Assembly: GCF_964188315.1 (NCBI RefSeq)
Contig: NC_135656.1
Span: 121,582,001 to 121,646,000, forward strand
From: Podarcis muralis
Lineage: Eukaryota
Length of the DNA: 64,000 bases
Direction: 5' to 3'
The position numbers and the translations under genes were made by a program. This document shows positions 60,874-64,000 of this stretch, piece by piece (the first letter of the stretch is position 1; the number at the start of each line of letters is the position of its first letter). The notes beneath the pieces were generated by a model. It did not search any database and was not told the origin of the DNA. It was given only the letters and a program-made list of their open reading frames with translations.

Positions 60874-62867
60874 ATTATGGCCAGAACAACTGGAATTATA
60901 CAGAGCTCTCTGAGGTGCCGTTGGAAAGAGCGAAGAGTGAATCACAGAAAGAGATGTTTTTAGATCTTAGAGAACTCAGAAAGGATGAAGGAAACCTGTC
61001 GGAGAACGAAGAAAAGAAATTCTCTACTTCTCTGGTCATTGATGCCCATGAACCCCCGATCTCACAGGAGGATCACAATGAAAACAGCAGGAAATTACGT
61101 CCACTGTGTGCAGAGATATTTCGATATGAATCACAATTAAATATACATTACAAAATCCACACAGGGTTGAACACATTTAAACCAATAGAGTGTGAAAAGA
61201 CCGTGCCCAGTAGCTTACCAAAATATCAAAATACCCACACAGCAGACAAAGCATTTAAATGCATGGAGTGTGGAAAGAGCTTCAGTCAGAGAGGTAACCT
61301 TATTCGTCATCAAATGACACATTCAGGAGAGAAACCATTTGAATGCAGAGAGTGTGGGAAGAGCTTCAGTCAGAGCAGTCACCTTACTGCACATCACAGA
61401 ACACACACCGGGGAGAAGCCATTTAAATGCATGGAGTGCGGGAAGAGCTTCCGGTTGAGCAGTCTGCTTACTTTACATCACAGAACGCACACAGGGGAGA
61501 AACCGTTCAAATGCATGGAGTGTGGGAAGAGCTTCGCTGTGAGATCGTGCCTCACGTTGCATGAAAGAGCCCACACAGGGCAGAAATCATTTAAATGCAT
61601 GGAGTGTGGGAAGAGCTTCAGTCAGAGCAGTAACCTTATTCGTCATCAGATAACACATTCCGGAGAGAAACCGTTTAACTGCATGGTGTGTGGAAAGAAA
61701 TTCAGCCAGAGCAGCCACCTTACTGCACATCACAGAACTCATACAGGGGAGAAACCTTTTCAGTGCGTAGTGTGTGGAAAGAATTTCCGTTGGAGCAGTC
61801 TCCTGACTTTACATCAGAGAGCTCACACAGGGGAGAAACCATTTAAATGTACCGGGTGTGGAAAGCGCTTCACTGTGAGATCTTGCCTCACTTTACATGA
61901 AAGGACCCACACAGGACAGAAATCGTTTAAATGTCTGGAGTGCGGAAAGAGCTTCAGTCAGAGTGGTCACCTTATTCGACATCAGATAACACACTCTAGA
62001 GAAAAATCGTTTAAATGTACGGAGTGTGGCAGTACCTTTACTCGGCATTCTCAACTTATTCGTCATCAAAGAACACACACAGGAGAGAAACCATTTCAGT
62101 GTGTGGAGTGTGGAAAGAGTTTCTGTTTCAGCAGTCACCTTACTCAACATCTGAGAACCCACTCAGGGGAGAAACCGTTCCAATGTGCAGAGTGTGGAAA
62201 GAGCTTCAGTTTTAGCAGTCACCTTACGCGACATCATCGAACCCACACCGGAGAGAAGCCATTTCAGTGCATGGAGTGTGGAAAGAGCTTCAGTGAGAGC
62301 ATTAACCTTACTGTACATCTGAGAACCCACACAGGGGAGAAACCGCTGAAATGCACAGAGTGTGGAAAGAGTTTTAGTCACAGCAATAGCCTTGCTACAC
62401 ATAAGAGAATCCACACTGGCGAGAAGCCATTTCAATGCACGGAGTGTGGAAAGAGCTTTAGCCACCTTGCTGGCCTTCATGCACATAAGATAACACACAC
62501 CGGGGAGAAACCATTTCAGTGCATGGAGTGTGGGAAGAGGTTCAGCTCCAGCAGCCACCTGACTCGACATCTTCGAACGCACTCGGGGGAGAAACCATTT
62601 CCCTGCATGGAGTGTGGGAAGAGCTTCAGTCAGAGCAGTCAGCTTAGTACACATCAGAGAACACACACAGGAGAGAAACCCTTTAAATGCACGGAGTGCG
62701 GAAAGCGCTTCAGTGCAAAGAGTATCCTTACTAAGCATCAGAGAAGCCACACAGGGGAGAAACCATTCAAATGCATGGAGTGCGGAAAGAATTTCAGCCG
62801 GAGCAGCAACCTTACTAGACATTATAGGACACACACCAGAGTGATGGCAGGGAGGCATTTAAAATAG
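60874..62867 (+). CDS. ZNF-F zinc-finger exon: 2 degenerate plus 19 intact C2H2 fingers
   Basis: ORF track 679 aa; acceptor ccacacaaacag|AT. The spliced model 55430-55501+57057-57183+59527-59598+60874-62867 is 2265 nt, in frame (754 aa). Confidence 0.95.
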
Positions 62868-64000
62868 CTTCAGCTGATATATCAAGGGATATATGCCACT
62901 GGGGAATAGTTGTTTAAGACTTCTGGGTTATGGGAAAGTTTTGCCAGACATCTACGGTGCATCACTGCCCTCCTCCAGCCTCTCTTGCGGTGATGGGAGA
63001 ATTGCAAGCGTGTGGAGGGTGATCATACATGTAGTGGCTGACACACGTGGTTCAAACACACCAACAGCTCCAACATACGAATGGAATGCTTAACACGGAG
63101 ACAATAAGCGCCGCTCAGTCATCTTAACATGAATAGGGATGCTGGACATGATCGTTTTTAAAGGACTATTCCTCATGATTTCATTTGATTTATCACATTG
63201 CTTAAGGCAAGCGTGAGGAGTGTGTGGTTCACCAGATATTGCCAGACAACTAACCATTGGCCGTAAGGACTGAGGCTGATGGGAATTTTGACATTCGGAA
63301 AGCCGTAGGTTTCCTGCCCGTGACTTAACAGATCCTTGAAAGTGGATGCATAGAGTTAGGAGCTGTGGCCTAATTTGGTGGTTGGCAGCAGAGTTTGGGC
63401 TAAAGACTGGGCAAGACCGCCTGGGCTGTGATTGAGGGATGGTGAAGGGCAGGGGAACCGGCAGCCTTCAGTGATGAACTTCATCTCCTTCCTAGCATCC
63501 CATCATTATGGTAGCCTCTGGCACCCTGCGGCACCCTGCAAGTCTGTGTTAAGAAAGGGAGGACTAAGGTGTCAGTATATTGTATGGGGAAAGGTATGAG
63601 ATTTTGAAGAGAGCAAAAAATCCCCCTTTTTCATCTTGACGCTCTTCGTGATTTTACACTGGGTTGGGATCCTAGACTGATTGAGCTCAGACTTCACACA
63701 CACACAGTGTTTTATCTTCGATTATCATGGATGTGATTTCTCCTAACCTGTATGAGCTTGTTCCCTAGAACGTGATACTGTTAGGACAGCTGGAAAAGCA
63801 GGAAGCTTGTAACTAAGGAGTTCTTTGAGTGTAGGTGCACCAAGGTAGGTTCTAGGCATGGTTAAGTTTATAGTTATTTTTAATCTTGCATGCTAAAATC
63901 CTTGTGTGCTATATTGTTTATTTACTCATAGAGTTGTAGTCTAACTTTTTATGTACAGTGCACTTTTGATTTGCTATTAATATTCTTGATGGACTATGTT

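Noticed and set aside
62880-63300. Non-repetitive sequence after the ZNF-F stop, checked for viral or transposase remnants
   Set aside because: The frames I translated gave no recognisable motif; it is treated as 3'UTR.

Overview
This is eukaryotic DNA from a squamate reptile, most likely a lacertid lizard, inferred from the Sauria/Squam1 and Squam3-like SINEs, BovB and squamate L2/CR1. The window is a C2H2 (KRAB-type) zinc-finger gene cluster densely filled with transposable elements, with two assembly gaps (49540-49795, 51834-52078). Six zinc-finger exons are present: ZNF-A (-, 944 to <1, at least 9 fingers), ZNF-B (-, 13), ZNF-C (+, 11), ZNF-D (-, 13; inverted paralog of C), ZNF-E (+, 7; decaying) and ZNF-F (+, 19; the only gene with a complete linker/KRAB-A/KRAB-B/ZF exon set and canonical splice sites). 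These gene labels are mine, not database names. Highlights: (1) a retrozyme-like mini Penelope-like element with two hammerhead-ribozyme repeats 361 nt apart in the ZNF-B intron; (2) a young Penelope/Poseidon-type RT+GIY-YIG element with a hammerhead-like motif and an inverted pseudo-LTR; (3) an open CHCHD1 retrocopy in the ZNF-E intron, next to a KRAB-A exon that has lost both splice sites; (4) two inverted segmental duplications that record finger gain and loss and dated TE insertions; (5) a Sauria SINE with twin-priming geometry. All alignments and exon models were made by eye, and repeat family names come from recognition, not database searches.
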